Positions 61,794-64,000 of a stretch of DNA of 64,000 bases are shown in pieces (positions within the stretch are counted from its first letter, which is position 1; each line of letters begins with the position of its first letter). Source of the stretch: Bispira polyomma. Taxonomy: Eukaryota. The position numbers and the translations under genes were made by a program. The notes under the pieces are model-generated. The model did no database searches. It was given only the letters and a program-made list of their open reading frames with translations, and was not told the DNA's origin. The DNA lies in contig OZ287751.1 in the NCBI GenBank assembly GCA_965649765.1, forward strand, positions 70,556,001 through 70,620,000, read 5' to 3'.

Positions 61794-63960
61794 CTAAAAG
61801 TTGAGTTGGCCTTTAAACTTTATGTAAGGTTAAGCTTAAATAACGTATGGTGGCCTTAACCTCAGTGTGTACGTAGTATAATAGCCTTTAGTATGGAATA
61901 ACACTTATATCGCCCACACTAGCTTTTTCAGTCATGTTTGTTCTCTAATTCCAAGGTTAAACTCAGAGACACTGAGGTAATAAACTATCCAAACAATGAC
62001 AAGTCCAATGCGTACACGTGTACTTTCTTCATGACTTTAGTAGTGACACTAAACCTTGTGCTATTTCATAAATAACACCCTATGATGGTTATCTATCATT
62101 ACTTTTTTGTATATCTTTAAGACAGTTTGCTAGCAAATGAGTTAATTAATGGAAACCTTGGGGAAAATGTCAAGTGCATTAGAAGCCAGTGCTTTAGTTT
62201 TGTGTGGTACATTGAAGATCTGACGGTGTGAAGCTACCCACATAGGAAAAACACATGTATCACAGTAACACACAAAAAATGTGCCTCAGGTAGAAACTGA
62301 GTGAGGTCTTGTACTGCTAAATCAATAACTTTCTTTGGGAAATATCACTAAATTTGGTTAAACAAAAATGAAAGATTTGAAAGTGTAGAAGCTCCATACT
62401 ACAGATAATTTGTAAAAATATATATGGGTATATACTTATTATAGCAAGAGATAGAAAATGTCAACACATTAGTAATTAACAGTTACAAATCAGGCCCATG
62501 CTTGGGTCAGGAAGTTTTACATCTTTAGTGAAGAACAAATTATCTATTTAGATTATTTAGTTGTAAATCTTTCATTAGAATGAATGTATAAGTGGAAATT
62601 TTAATGGAACAATTTTAGCGGACAGTATTGTACGATTTATCTTAAGCATGAATGATGTTACTAATAAGAAAAGTATAAAAAAAAAACAATTGTAATTATT
62701 TTGCAAACCCTAAATTATCCCTTAGCATTATATTCACGCTATATAATCTTTTCACGTTAATTCAGATTATAATTTTTGTATTTACTACATATTTGCAAGG
62801 ACAATTATTATTTAATATAAAGGTAGATAGAGATGCAAAAATGTAAATAAATGGTTTTGTCTGTTTTTGGCACTACAGCTTCTTCATGATAAACAGTACC
62901 CATTTTCCCCGACACTCAGCTGCCGGCAAACTTCTAGTTCCTTCATGTGGAGTCTTTCTATGACGATAAGCCAGGTATAAACAAGCTGTCCAATTAGTTC
63001 CTCTGGTCAAATAATCTAGGCAAAAGGTCACTCACATCAAACTAAAACATAAAACCGATTTATTAAGGCTTGACAAAATTAACAAATGACCTACGAGATG
63101 AAAGGTCCCTTCCAGATATAAAGTTTCATGTATTTGGGCAGTGCATTACTTGACCTTTAGATCTTGCTCTGATTTGTGTCAGTAGCAAAATGAAGCACTT
63201 TGTCACAAAAGAACTCCCACTTACCAACTAACAATATCTCCAAGATGTTAAGGTATTAAGGGGTATTCCTTGTGGTCGTTTCTAGGTCTCTAAACAATGG
63301 TTTAATGCATTTCTATTATATGAAACATGTCATCTGATGTCATAGTTCTGTTTTGTTTTTATTAAAGGAAAGATGTATTTCAAGTTTTGTATCAAATATT
63401 CATTAGACAGCAACAATATAAACTTGTGTTCATTTTTAAAAACTTTTGTCATCTGTTAAAGAATACAATAATTGTAGATTAAGATCACATAGCCTAATTT
63501 AGATATAGCCCAAATACAATTTGCATTGTTGGAAACAAGTAATATGCATGAAGAAAAGACTTAGATATGCTAACTACAGTTGATTAGATACAACTTTTTG
63601 GGGAGCAATCTGGTTTTATACACACATATAGTCTTTATGTTGCCATGTGGATATGTGGTAATTATTAATATTTAGTATATCTACTTTCAATTTATACTTT
63701 CTGTAAACACAATCAATTTCTTATTTTTACAGTTGGGCTAAAATAAACAAAATATTTTAGAAAAAATGATAATATGTGAATTTGTTAAAGGTTCTAAGGT
63801 TAAAGGTATGTTGTTAGGTAAAGTTAGTAAATAGTGAATATTTTCTATATTAAGGAGTATTCACTGATGATTGCTTATAAGCAAACATAAACTTACCCAT
63901 ATAAATTTGTTTAGAAAAACAGTATTCATACAATTGAGTAGTATTTACCGAGCTTCCATG
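61794..63960. repeat. Unclassified interspersed repeat, copy 2 (longer)
   Basis: Same blocks, order and orientation as 53299-54670. Confidence 0.8.
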
Positions 63961-64000
63961 GAATTATGTACTAGTACTTGTACTTATTATCAGTACAGGT

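Overview
AT-rich eukaryotic DNA from an invertebrate, most likely a lophotrochozoan (inferred from the repeat and GPCR types; not proven). The window is dominated by decayed and nested transposable elements around one apparently intact host gene, a single-coding-exon class A peptide-type GPCR (23026-24108, +). Elements present: the 3' part of a Gmr1-like Ty3/gypsy element (INT before RT-RH, PPT, 774-bp LTR); two minus-strand tyrosine-recombinase retrotransposons (DIRS order, Ngaro-like, no methyltransferase); a decayed two-gene PIF/Harbinger (transposase plus a spliced MADF/BESS-like gene) and three TWA-flanked TIR elements; several L2/CR1 and L1/Tx1 LINE relics; tRNA-derived SINEs with TSDs; Helentron-type non-autonomous pieces; and tandem repeats. 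The most notable observation concerns both YR retrotransposons: the RNase H stop codon is followed directly by a 6-nt splice acceptor (TTCCAG / TTTTAG) in phase 1 with the recombinase frame. The more complete copy also has a matching phase-1 donor (CAG|GTACGT) inside gag. Together these predict a spliced Gag-N/zinc-finger-recombinase fusion protein. Also notable are a twin-priming-type 5' inversion in an L1/Tx1 element and 2A-like motifs ahead of L2/CR1 endonucleases. All calls were read by eye; no database searches were run.
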